Positions 42,229-54,527 of a stretch of 64,000 bases of DNA are shown one piece after another (the stretch's first letter is position 1; every line of letters begins with the position of its first letter). The position numbers and the translations under genes were made by a program. The stretch comes from Hormiphora californensis (taxonomy: Eukaryota; Animalia; Ctenophora), in assembly GCA_020137815.1 (NCBI GenBank), contig CM035355.1, positions 6,882,001 through 6,946,000 on the forward strand. Direction: 5' to 3'. Below the pieces are notes generated by a model. The model made no database searches, was not told the origin of the DNA, and saw only the letters and a list, made by a program, of their open reading frames with translations.

Positions 42229-44041
42229 TCAAACACTCAGATTAATCATACTCGCAACATCTGTCCAGAAATCATCTGAAAAAGGTGCTACCTGCTGTCT
42301 ATACCGGGGGAAAGTTTCACAGGAAAATAAATGAGAAATATTGGCAGCGGGTTTCGTCGTTTTATTGAGCACATTGACACGCTCCCTAGCGAACTTGTCC
42401 ACCCTCATGATATGTCCCTCCGTGGTGAAGATATAATCACCACGTTTATTCAACGGGTTCTCCGTGTCAAAGAGTAGGTAAAGATATTTACATGTCTCAC
42501 TAAGGAAGAAACTCTCCATCCTATCTTCCTGTTTCTTAGACAGCACACTGTTGAGAGTTGCATACCCACACTTGGCTCGGGTATACTTCTCCAAACTCGT
42601 GTAAATAGCCTCCCCAACGTACTGGTAGAAGGGGTGTTTGGTGGCTTGGTATAACAGGTAGGTAGCCTCGGCAAACTCAGGTCTCAGGGGGTAGAGGGAG
42701 TAATCACAAACCTTCCTCTCCCAGTTAAACCGCTCAGGGAGGGCATCATATTTCACCCACAACCCATAGAATAGAGCATGGTGCATAATCGCAGTTTCTA
42801 GATCACCGTGCAGGACTTGGACCCCCACAAATGCCGCAGAGAGACTGTCTATCCATTGGTTTTGGACCATCCCCGTGTCCATGTGGACGTTAGCGTAATA
42901 AAATGGGCTATCCGGTTTATTGGGATAAAATTCCTGTCGCATGTGTTCTCGAATTGATTGGTAGTAGGAGTTGAATCGATGTAGATCATTCTCGTTCCCG
43001 AACAAGACGTAAGATTTTAGGAGGTACTCGTAATAACTATCAATCCCTGCTCCAATACCACTCATCGGATCTTCCCATTTCCCCAGTTCCAGATTGTAGA
43101 CATTGCCAATCAGCCCAGTCTCATTGTTCCTCAATTCCCACAGTCGGTCCATTGCCCGCTCAGCGACAGACTCAAATATGGGATCACCAACTAACCGTCC
43201 CAGCATTTTAAACTCAAGAATGAGAGTACCAGCACCAGCTGTACAAGTTTCCTTGTTAAAGATTTCAGATTTACCCTTTCCTGAGGTTGACCCGGGGAAA
43301 GGGAACACCGATAGGGTTGTCAAACGCAGGAAGGAGCCGGGACCCTAAATCGTGAGCTAGTGATAACAATTCGTTGTCATAGTGATCTATCTTAATGCCA
43401 AATGTATCTGTCCATTCAGGTGATTATCAGGTGGGTGGTCAGTAGGGAACCTAGAATACGTATTGTCGTTTCAAACACCTGTACAGTACATTCCTGATCA
43501 AATGTAACAGAGTTTATCACGTTGTTTATAGCTAGAATGAATTGTTCTTTAGTCCCCCATAATGGCTAGGGTGTCTAAGGAGTCCACAAGGACCGAGAGA
43601 GAAGTTCCCAAGGACATCGTTTATGTTTAATGTTCGAGGGGTTGTCTACGTCAGGTCCCCGGCCGGAGCAAGTGTGAGGGTTGAGTTCGTCTAGTGGGTA
43701 TGCATGCTCCATGTAGTTATTGTAACCAAAGTAAAACATCTGACGGACCTGTGGAGGAAGAATTGTATTAGAAAGACCTGATTTTTAAATCTTCGATTTC
43801 GAGATTAGAAAGACTTGATTCCGTCCTATTTTGAAGAAACCAACCGAAGCTGTAAGAGAAAGTTTTTGTTCTCTACAAAACTTCAAGGTTCCGAATGGAT
43901 TTATTAAGGGGGGATACTTACTTTTTCTTGAAGCTTGGCAGAGCGATGAGTGGGGTAATTCATGGCCATGTCGTAGAATGAATGGCACACACTGAGTGAT
44001 ATGAGGAAGGCTGGAACGCTCAGAAGAAGTTGAAGACTCAT
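42229..44041 (-). CDS. EDEM1: ER degradation-enhancing alpha-mannosidase-like protein (GH47), 2 exons with intron 43749-43921
   Basis: Exon 1 signal peptide [19 protein letters not shown]...LQEK|[24 protein letters not shown]; [54 protein letters not shown]. Frameshifts in 43320-43700 look like read errors. Confidence 0.9.
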
Positions 44042-44240
44042 TGCTTAGCATTTTATCCCAAAGACGGGAACGGAAGAAGAGCCTACCTAAGGGAAAAAGA
44101 CCAGAAAGTTCCGCGTCGTCACCTTTTCTTTAAAAAAGTGAACCAAAGCGTATAAAAATTTACCGGGCTCAAATCTTGAAATTTGGCGCGCGCGATAGCC
44201 TACGCGCAAATATTACGCGCGGCGCGTGAAAAAGGACTCT

Positions 44241-44430
44241 CGTTTCGTTCGCGATTCGTTCGCGTTTCGTTCGCGTTTCGTTCGCGATTCGTTTGCGTTT
44301 CGCTTGCGTTTCGTTCGCGATTCGTTCGCGTTTCATCCGCGATTCGTTCGCGTTTCGTTCGCGAGTCGTTCGCGTTTCTCTCGCGATCTGTTCAAGACCC
44401 GTTTGCGTTTCCTTCGCGATCCGTTCGCAT
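44241..44430. repeat. 11-bp CpG-rich tandem repeat (GTTCGCGATTC / GTTCGCGTTTC)
   Basis: Degenerate array directly visible, ~200 bp upstream of the EDEM1 ATG. Confidence 0.85.
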
Positions 44431-46316
44431 TTCGAAAATTTGCCTCCAATTCCATTATCATCTTTTTGCATGGGAGAAGTTTGAAATTTCACTAATTCGC
44501 TGGAGAGGAGGTACAACTACGGAGGTGACTCTGCGATGCGTCTCAGCATGCAGCAATGGCAAAATTATGGGTTACTCCACAGTCCACGGAATGAGCTCAA
44601 CACCATCAGGGTTTGAACGCTCTGCAGCAATTCCTTTAATCCTTTGTTCCCCGGAGCCCCCAGCTTGACAGTGACAGGACGGGGACTTCATCTTGGACCC
44701 ACTAAAGGTTTTCAGTTAGATTTTATTACAAGATTTAAGTACTATATTAAATTTATTGTCACTGTCAGAGGGCGGAAATTTTGAACACCCATGACAGTAT
44801 TTGCTGTTTGGGGTTTCCTTCAGTAGCACTAATTATTGCCCACATAATGCTGAGGTTACCCTATCCCCAGATATGACAGTATCAGACCAAGGAAGGGATA
44901 TTTGTGGCAGGGGTTCAATAACCCATTCATTCCAACGACACCAACATTTGTCTAGTGAGTTGTGATAAATCTTCTCGTTATGACATGTTCTATTGCATAA
45001 ACAATGAATATAGTACTTCTGCAGTATCCCATTGGACCCATCTTCATCAGTTTCTAACTCCAGTATTTTACGAGATTGCAAGTTAGAATCCCAAGTTCTA
45101 AGGGCTTCGTTCACTCACTCTTTATCGACTTACTCCGGTATCCGTTATTTATAGCGGATCCAGATACGCGGTACACGATAGATAGGTTAGACTCCAGCTA
45201 CAAAAATATCATGTTATCACTGAACTTAACCGGCCGCGGCCTATTATTGTGCCCTGACTGAAATCAAGAGCTTCGTCTGCATCATTTCGATTTGTCTGAA
45301 CAGGTCTCCACCACTTCTGGGTAGCTCTGATCCCGACACTGATTGTATTAGATTGCTTCAGTCTGCTCACATGGTTGCTGAATAGAACAATGATATTGAC
45401 GGCCACAAGTTGTGTGCTGACAGTGAATCTGATAATCATTGCACGAATTTTATATTTTGTGCCATTACCTTTACTTTGCACCGAGCTTAACACGTTAGAA
45501 TTACGAAATTTGTACAGTTTGTTTAATTTTAACCTCAACAATTATTAGGTGTTAACTGTTTTTGTTAGAGGATATTTTCACAGGTTAGTTATGCATGCCA
45601 AATCATGGGGAAATGCATGAATAGTATGAAAAAGTAGCGTGTTGCACGTGTCCTTTAATTTACACAAGAGAGAAAGTTTGATATTCAGAGTTTTTGTTAT
45701 TCTCTCTGTGGCTGGACAAATGAATCAGACGGGTATAATGACGCTACCAGTTTCGAGGATCTACCTCTTCATCGGGCTACAAAAATAAATAGTGTTAATT
45801 ATAAATATATAGTAAAAACTAAAATCACACACGTCAATCAACATAAAATTATAAATCAGCACTTTAATAATAAACTAAACACTGTACAGAGGAGCAAGTC
45901 TCATATGAACAGTACAGAGTGAACTGAAGTTACCGTTACAATACAGCAGGTGAGATGAAGTGATAAACAAATAGGGCGTGCATGAGGTGATACACAAGGA
46001 CTATCACAAATTAATACAAACTATTACGCACACAAACACACGAACCCACTGGACAACAACAACAACAGCAACTAAATATTAAATTAAATATCTCGTAAGT
46101 TCGGAACATTCCTCTTTATTGTTCATACCAGGTCTCAGTTTCTGTATATACATGGCCTCTAAAATTTTCCTCTTTAAAATGTTTCTCTCGGTGGTTAATA
46201 TCTTAAAACTGAGTTTAGGGGGTGTGTTTTTATGACGTGATGTGTAATGAATGGCTAGAGGGGTATCAATGTAGCTCGGCGCATTAGGATTGTTAGCATT
46301 GCGGGAATGTTCTGAC

Positions 46317-49300
46317 CAGGAAGCGACCGAATATTCGGTTCGGTTCGGTTCGGTTCGGAAATTCGGTGTTTTTTGGGCGGTTCGGTTCGGTTCGGTTCGG
46401 TAGGAAATTTTGGCCGAACCACCGAATTTTTTGGTCAAAAATGCCCAGAAATCGGGCTTTTTCATGCAAAATTTTTCAATTATTTCACGAAAATTATATG
46501 GATTTCAATGTCAATTTCGAATAGGTGGTGCTATGTGGAAATGATTTCGCTAGTTAGCGGGTTCGATATGGATTGATTTGATACCTGACTTCCCGTCCAA
46601 TCGTGTCCTCATGAGAGGGTCAACAAATTCAGACACTTTTTTTTCAAAAAATTCATGGAGAGCACCGATCAAGGTGTTAAGAATCATTCTCTGAAATTTT
46701 GTAAAAAAGTTTGAAAATATTTCAAAGTCAATTTTATTTTTTTTTTTTTTTGGGGGGAGAGTACTCCCGTAAACAATCTTTGATGCTGAGAGTTCTCAGT
46801 TGTTATCAAATTACATGCGCTCTTGCGCTATCACGGACTAAAATAATAAATTAAAAAAACAATTGTTCATTGACACACTCTCATGTTCCATAGATCATCA
46901 GATGTAGTTTCGGTCTTCTTCCCACGGAATCCACGGATCGAAAGGGTGACGCTTCTGACCATTGAGAAGCTTAGGCGAAGCCTGATGTATCTGATGCAGT
47001 CACCATGACTGTTTCCTGATTTTTTTGCCTTTAGTTCAGCAATGTGTTTGACCACTTTGGTAAACTCCTTGGCAAGTCCCCCGGTTGTGCTGATCACAAG
47101 TGGACTGAAGAATCCTCCTTCTATTTCCCGGACTCGGTGAAGATAGGCTATTTTCTTCTGTGTCTCATGCTTTGCATATGTAAGCGGGATAGTCTGGTTA
47201 CAATTGGATGGGGCCTGAGCATTAAAGGCTCTTACATCGAACATTGCCTTGTCCATTGTATTCCAGAATCCTCTCGCTGAGATATCCAATCTGGCGTTAT
47301 CCTCAGTGATCGTTCCTTCGGGGAGATCTCTTCCGTTGGTGGGGAGGAGAGAGGGCTCAATTTCAGTACCGTCGCATACCCGGGTAAGCTCCGCTGCTAT
47401 ATAGTCCCGAACACGGTTGTGTCTCAGAGCTACATATCCACCCTTTTTGCATGAAAGTGCATGTTCAACGGTGTTCAGTTCATCACATGCACAGTTCGTG
47501 GGCCTAGCCTCTCCCACGATGGGTAAATTGTACCGGATTGACAGTGCATCTTGAAATTCCTGTCTATTCAGGTTGAAGTTTAGTTGTTGGATGGGTAGAC
47601 ATGTTAGGTACGCAGAAGAATTTTTCTCACTTATCAGGTCAAAGTTTCTACGTGCACTCTCACTTAGCTGTCCTCTGATGGTCTCGTGTAAACTTTTGTA
47701 AAGATCCTGTTTGAGTTTACGAATCGCAGCTTTCGTGACTTTGTCCATTTCCTGGTCCGGAACAAACTCCGTTTTCTTCTCTGTAATAGCTTTTACTAGT
47801 TCCGCTGTAGCAGCTACTGAGTTCGCATTTTCCAGGTCAGCCATTGTGACGGGGTTCTCTATCCCAAGGCCTCCGTACCGTGCTGGTAGCGCCATGGTTT
47901 TACGGGTGATGTCGTCGATGTAAGGCTGTCCAGTAATGGCTGGTAGTAGTTTAGTGGTAATCGTCTCCTCAACTTCTTCCAGTAGGTTACTGATTCCGGC
48001 TGTTGTTCTGAGAACGAATGACCACTCCTTACTGACGCCCATCGTGTAGGCAGAGTAGGCAAGCTGTGGGTCAGTATAAGCAAACTCGCTGATTGTCTCG
48101 ATGTCGCTCTTCCATTTCAGTGCCATCTCCTTCAGATAATCTGCAGTCCCCTCCTCTGTGCCAATAAAAGAGCCTAGGTAGCGATGTCCAATGGAGGTGA
48201 CGTTAACATCAGGGAAAAGATCTTTGGCCTGTTGTTCCAGTCCTGGCTTAACCACTAGCCAGCTTTTTCCAGGATCGGGATAGTACCCAAATGATGGACC
48301 ATCACTTTTGACTCTTCCCCACCATTCTGACACTTTATCGAGGCGTCCGGCTCCCGTACCATCGTCTGCGTAGAAGATCGTGATAACTTTATCATATACC
48401 CGAAGTGTGTTTACAAATGGCATGAGGGAGCAGGCGTACATCCCCATTGCAGCCGAATCACCTTGAGTGGTTCCTTCCCGGGATAACAAGATTTCATGGT
48501 GTTCGCCATCGGTGACAAAAAGACGTGATGGGAGCCCATAGGTATTGGTCAAGTATTGGTGGAATTCCGGGCATGTGTGATCCATGTTGCTCAAAGCTGC
48601 TTTCCTATTCAGTGCATTAAATGCATTCGAAGCATCAACCATCAGGATGCATTCCACATCTTCACGTTCAAAAGCTTTCCTGGCAGCATGCACTGAGGCC
48701 TCAACCCCCGATGGTAGTCCGCCACATAGTTGTGTGGGTGCTGTGCAGGAGATGATGTCGTTCTTTAGTACCCCAGTTATCGCTTTTCCAACAAGTCTTC
48801 TTAGGACCTCTCCAACTCCGATGGGCCTGATTCCATTTTCGAAGTCAATTTTATTGAAAATTTTCTATGTCAATTTTTGCGTACGAATCGTGTTTCGAAT
48901 CGGTATTGCTAAGCGGGAGTGATGTTGCTAATTAGTGGGTCCGAGATGGATTATGCTGATACGTGATCCCCCATCAAATCTAATTAGGAAGTTTAGGGGA
49001 AACGATTCATGTTTCAATAAATCCTGCTAATTAGCGAGAGCACTGCCGCATAGCATCACCGATTCCCAACACGATTCGTACGGCAAAATTGACATAGATT
49101 TTTTTTTCCGAAATTGTTTCTCTAAAAATTCATGGAGAGCATCGATCAAAGTATTGAGAATCATTACCTGAAATTTTGTGAATTTTTTTTGTGAAAAATA
49201 TTTTAAGTAAATTATGGTATACGAATCGTGTTTCTAATCGACAATGCTAAACGGGAGTGATGTTGGTAACTAGTGGGTCCGAGATGGATTGTGCTGATAC

Positions 49301-49710
49301 GTGATCCCCCATCAAATCTAATTAGGAAATTTAGAGAGACACGATTCATGGTTCGTTTAATCCTGCTAATTAGCAATACCATTCCCGTATAGCATTGCCG
49401 ATTCGAAACACGATTCGTACGCAAAAATTGACATAGAAAATTTACGATAAAATTGACTTTGAAAATTTTTTCACAAAATTGACTTTGAAATTTTTTCAAA
49501 CATTTTTTAACAAAATTTCAGAGAATGATTCTCAATACCTTGATCGGTGCTCTCCATGACTTTTTAGAGAAACATTTATACAGAAAAAGTTTTGTATGGT
49601 TCGGTTCGGTTCGGTTACCGAAATTCGGTTCGGTTCGGTTCGGTAAAAAAGTTTTTCGAATTCGGTTCGGTTCGGTTCGGTGGAAAAAAACCCGGTTCGG
49701 TCGTTTCCTG
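46317..49710. mobile_element. Non-autonomous hAT-type element with (TTCGG)n subterminal repeats
   Basis: TIR CAGGAAGCGACCGAA / TTCGGTCGTTTCCTG; 8-bp TSD GTTCTGAC at 46309-46316 and 49711-49718. Confidence 0.9.
46739..48836 (-). mobile_element. 5'-truncated CRE-clade (RLE-type) non-LTR retrotransposon: RT, Zn knuckle, restriction-like endonuclease
   Basis: RPIGVGEVLRR, DASNAFN, GTTQGD, YADD, GGLG, CAC...HALSCKKGG...RHN, RLDISARGFW...FDVR; poly(A) as T-run 46737-46751; TSD AAGTCAATTTTATT at 46725-46738 and 48842-48855. Confidence 0.88.
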
Positions 49711-50215
49711 GTTCTGACAATCTGTCGTGTACCGACCTACAAGACTCTCCCACATAGATTTCACCACACAATAAACATGTTATCTGGTACACTGGTGACA
49801 TGGTGTTACACGAGCCCTTCTCGAGTCTTTCACAAATATTACAATTTTTCGCAAGACACTCTAGATTGTCGTGAGGACGTGAGCTACATAGCATGTCTCT
49901 CAAGCGGGTGCCTGGGGTGAAGACTAAATCGATTGGCAGAGCTCTGGCGGTGATAAACTTACGTATTTCACCACTCACAGTTTCAGAAACATACGGTAAT
50001 TTCAACATCACATTGTTATTACCCTTTGTCAACCTACCCCGGGTTCTCTGTTCTCCAAATTGTCTGGGGTGTTCATACCCATTAGCTAAAAGAAGTCTGT
50101 CAGTAATGGCTAAGGACTGTTCCAATAATTCCGGGTTAGATGATGAGATCTCTGCAGTTCTGTAGAAGTTGCGTACTGTCTGCACTTTCGTTTCCAGAGG
50201 ATGGTGAGACCGGAA

Positions 50216-51128
50216 GTTTCTGAAACTGTGAGTGGTGAAATACGTAAGTTTATCACCGCCAGAGCTCTGCCAATCGATTTAGTCTTCACCCCAGGCACCC
50301 GCTTGAGAGACATGCTATGTAGCTCACGTCCTCACGACAATCTAGAGTGTCTTGCGAAAAATTGTAATATTTGTGAAAGACTCGAGAAGGGCTCGTGTAA
50401 CACCATGTCACCAGTGTACCAGATAACATGTTTATTGTGTGGTGAAATCTATGTGGGAGAGTCTTGTAGGTCGGTACACGACAGATTGTCAGAACATTCC
50501 CGCAATGCTAACAATCCTAATGCGCCGAGCTACATTGATACCCCTCTAGCCATTCATTACACATCACGTCATAAAAACACACCCCCTAAACTCAGTTTTA
50601 AGATATTAACCACCGAGAGAAACATTTTAAAGAGGAAAATTTTAGAGGCCATGTATATACAGAAACTGAGACCTGGTATGAACAATAAAGAGGAATGTTC
50701 CGAACTTACGAGATATTTAATTTAATATTTAGTTGCTGTTGTTGTTGTTGTCCAGTGGGTTCGTGTGTTTGTGTGCGTAATAGTTTGTATTAATTTGTGA
50801 TAGTCCTTGTGTATCACCTCATGCACGCCCTATTTGTTTATCACTTCATCTCACCTGCTGTATTGTAACGGTAACTTCAGTTCACTCTGTACTGTTCATA
50901 TGAGACTTGCTCCTCTGTACAGTGTTTAGTTTATTATTAAAGTGCTGATTTATAATTTTATGTTGATTGACGTGTGTGATTTTAGTTTTTACTATATATT
51001 TATAATTAACACTATTTATTTTTGTAGCCCGATGAAGAGGTAGATCCTCGAAACTGGTAGCGTCATTATACCCGTCTGATTCATTTGTCCAGCCACAGAG
51101 AGAATAACAAAAACTCTGAATATCAAAC
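50216..51128 (+). mobile_element. Inverted second Penelope copy (GIY-YIG plus 3' UTR)
   Basis: Reverse complement of 45676-46316 joined to 49719-49989; intact GIY-YIG reading frame ending at 50725. Confidence 0.9.
51024..51066 (+). ncRNA. Minimal hammerhead-ribozyme-like motif in the Penelope 3' region; mirror copy ~45738-45780 on minus
   Basis: GC-CCGATGA-A-GAGG-TAGAT-CCTC-GAAA-CTG-GTA-GC: core boxes and stem II present; C replaces U in CUGANGA; stem I weak. Confidence 0.55.
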
Positions 51129-52547
51129 ATGAGGCTAATAAACAGTTATCCGATCACCCAACTGTCTAGAGAGAAAGTTGATACATCCTAAACTCGAGTA
51201 ACGTGCATCGTATATTATAGGTCACTTTCACCTACACAGATAATTTGCACGGCTAAGCGCTGTATATAATCACATGGAAGGGCGTGTACAGATCGTGCAC
51301 CATAGTAACGTCCGGACAACTTCACAGAGTACACTACAGCTTATGATGATGCAGTGAAAACTTCGTGTTTATGGAAAAGAGTTCTGTGTGTAACACCCTT
51401 GTCTTCTAAGTTCTATCATAATGCACATTTCATGATGTAGTTCGGTTCTATATTCACGATTTTGTGTAATTCCCAGTGATTTGAAAACCAGTCACCAGTC
51501 CTCAGTCCTTTCTCCTGTTGCCAAATTCATTAATATTATTGTTATGGTGGTAAGGGATCTGAAAGCGGTTGCCATGGTAACCATGTGGCGTGGAACATTT
51601 TAGGGTTAATGTCATTATACTGAGCGTTATACAGAGGAGAACCACCCGTGCCCTGTTAATAATACTCTGTTGTTCAGTACTGTATGTTTGTCTCCACCCT
51701 TTTCTGTGTCCACGTGTCGTTCCTGGTTCAATCAATCTACTCACTTTTCGCTTTAACATGAATAAACACGAAACTGTCGAATGTTGGGGATGCCGGGAGG
51801 GATTTCCCGATGTAATTGTAGCATATTATGTAATTGTTTCGACTAGTTTTGTGATTTTATTGAGTCTGAGCTGTGGCCCTGTATTTATATTCAAATCATA
51901 TTTTGAATAGTATGTAGAGTATTTCACCAACTTACCTCGGTGTGACTTGTGCCTAAAATAATTTGGTCCACAATCGTGTGTCTCGGTCCAGTACAATATA
52001 ATCACAGTAATTCTACAAAAAAGGTCACAGAAACACATCATGGGAATCCCATTTGTAAAAAACAATTTCATTTTCTCCGCCCTGTTGCAATCACACCCTT
52101 CCTCTTGGCCATCCGACATGTAAGACTTTGCTACCCTTGTTTTTAATGTAGAGATACAAATCTTTGTTAAACCGTTTTACCATGGAGTGAAATTCCTTTT
52201 TTGGAAAATCTTTGATGGTTAAAAACACGCCCATTTGTTTCTAAGTAAAGTATCCAAGATTTAAATTGAGAACTCTTTTTCAGAGAGATAATCCTGATGA
52301 TGGAGTACAAGAGTATAGCCATTGTTCTGATCTTGCTACTTGGCCAAGCTGTATTCCAGTTCTCTACAGTTATTGTTATCACAGTCTTGTTGGCCAGCTT
52401 CGTCTTCATCAACATCAAACAAATTGCCAGGTTCGAGTTGTTGTCTTAATATTTCTAGACAATATTATCAATGGTTTTAATATTGACCTCAAAAGGAATC
52501 GATTATATACATTACGTTGACCTCATGATAGAAATGGATACGGTTTA

Positions 52548-53339
52548 TAGTAGAGTCGATAACTACATCGACCTCTCCCAATTGTTCCAGTTTTTGTCAC
52601 ATCTGTTTGGAGCCTCGACACGACCTCTAAACAGGTGTTACTTTTTCACAAACTGTTTTCATCTTGGTGTAATCAGCATTTGAAATGTTGATGATCATAA
52701 CAAAAACCTAACTATTTTTTTTCAACTTGGGGTAAAACCATGGGTGTCAAAAGTTAGCTCTGGGTCCCCTGAGTAACCATCCGGAGACTCTAAGAGATAT
52801 TTCAAGCCGTTCTCCCGTAATCATTAATCCCGGTGGAGAAAAAAATACAGTGCGGACGTACGTGAGCGCTGGCAGGCTGTTTACATGTTATTGTATGTCT
52901 CTCACTCTCTCTGGAAAAACCGCACGTGCGGTTGCGCCGCGCGAGATAACTCTTTCTCAAGGGGGAGAAAAGAGAGAGACGCACATTAACGTTATACATT
53001 AAAGTTGAGGTTGTAGGCAATTGCACGTACGTCCATACTCAAGTATGTGCTCTACCGGGATTAATGATTACGGGAGAACGGCTTGAAATATCTCTTAGAG
53101 TCTCCGGATGGTTACTCAGGGGACCTAGAGCTAACTTTTGACACCCATGGTTTTACCCCAAGTTGAAAAAAATAGTTAGGTTTTTGTTATGATCAACAAC
53201 ATTTCAAATGCTGATTGCACCAAGATGAAAATAGTTTGTGAAAAAGTAACACCTGTTTAGAGGTCGTGTCGAGGCTCCAAACAGATGTGACAAAAACTGG
53301 AACAATTGGGAGAGGTCGATGTAGTTATCGACTCTACTA
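52548..53339. mobile_element. MITE with ~290-bp inverted arms and 3-bp TTA TSD (PIF/Harbinger-like)
   Basis: Arms 52548-~52835 and ~53052-53339; ends TAGTAGAGTCG...CGACTCTACTA; TTA at 52545-52547 and 53340-53342. Confidence 0.75.
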
Positions 53340-53389
53340 TTAATTTTATGTCTTTCTCAGACTCAAAGTATGATTTCTTCAGATTTCTC

Positions 53390-54527
53390 ATGAAGAACGA
53401 GAGTGTTCGGAAGTTTGCCCACAAATACGTAGCGTGGACAATTGTGTGGTTTAGAATAAAGTTTCTTCGTGGTTACTCCTGGTAAGCTATTTTAATCGAG
53501 TTTTACTGAGATCAGTTCTACACTGAGTCACTGACTTCTATGATTCAGGTACAGTGAAATTGATCACACCGTGATTTTGGGGGCCCTCCCAATTCCAAGC
53601 AACGTCCCTGAGCTGAAGCGAGCTAACGTGAAACTAATTATATCTCTGTGTGAGCCGTTCGAATTGGATTTCATACACAGTCAACAGGAATTTGAAAAGA
53701 TGGGATTTATAAATAAGAGGTTTGTGAACTGTCAGGCCAATGCTCTGACAGTTTGTGAACTATTTTTTTCTGCAGCAGAACCTATTTAATGTGAGCTTCG
53801 TTAATGGCAAGTGATTAAAGTTTGCTGTTATTTCAGATTTTCAATTCCAGACTCATACGGTGCACCTGACATTCCCTCACTTGTGGAAATCCTCTCGAGC
53901 ATCTCCGCGACAGAGAAGGAAGGGTAAGTAAATTAAACTGTCCCACTGTTGTAAGTTGATAACAAATGTAAGTTGATAACAAATAATATTGCCTAGATAT
54001 GATGTAAACATGATAAAATGATGCAAATGATAATCTAACCTTCTCTTCTAAGGTACAAGACGTACGTTCATTGCAAGGCTGGACGAGGCCGGAGTGCATC
54101 GACCGTAATATGCTACCTCATTTTCCGATATAACATTAGTGTGGAGTGGGCCCTGTCAATTCTGAAGCGGCAGCGGTTCGAAGTCTCCCCAAAACCGGCA
54201 CAGCTCCTCCGAGCGAGGCAGTTTCGTGAAGTCTACTCCTCTATCCCCGAGCTACAAAAGGTTTCATTTGAAAATACGGACTTCAAAGAACTTGAAAGTG
54301 CACGGTACCGATACGCCTTGAGGCACATTTTGGTGAAAAGAATCAGTGTGCCGGATTGCTCCAGTATTGTTTACTACAAGAACAGGATTAGCTTTGGTGT
54401 CAAGAATGCGTCCCGGTTTGTCACTTCCCTGTGTGCTGTCACCGAAGAGGAGGAACAAACTGAAAACAAGGGAACAACACCGAGGCAGAAACAGAAACTA
54501 CGCCGACGGATTAGCATGTTCTATTAA
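53390..54527 (+). CDS. PTPMT1: PTPMT1-like dual-specificity / phosphatidylglycerophosphate phosphatase, at least 4 exons; 5' end uncertain
   Basis: W|YSEIDHTVILGALP...NVKLIISLCEPFE, RFSIPDSYGAP, and catalytic YVHCKAGRGRSA at ~54063-54100. Confidence 0.85.

Larger units (their letters stand above)
45676..50211 (-). mobile_element. 5'-truncated Penelope-like element (RT thumb, GIY-YIG, 3' UTR), split by a hAT insertion
   Basis: SHHPLETKVQTV...LLLANGY...LKLPYVSE...VYQITCLLCGEIYVGESCRSVHDRLSE, then insertion, then HSRNA...LEAMYIQKLRPGMN. Confidence 0.9.

Noticed and set aside
40982-43750. RABGGTB and EDEM1 as pseudogenes
   Set aside because: Protein motifs are fully conserved and the indels resemble read errors seen throughout the window.
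44169-44668. ORFs with ERIANET repeats
   Set aside because: Translation of the 11-bp tandem repeat, open in several frames on both strands.
44900-45010. TGF-beta-like WNEWVIEP motif
   Set aside because: The cystine-knot Cys spacing is not present.
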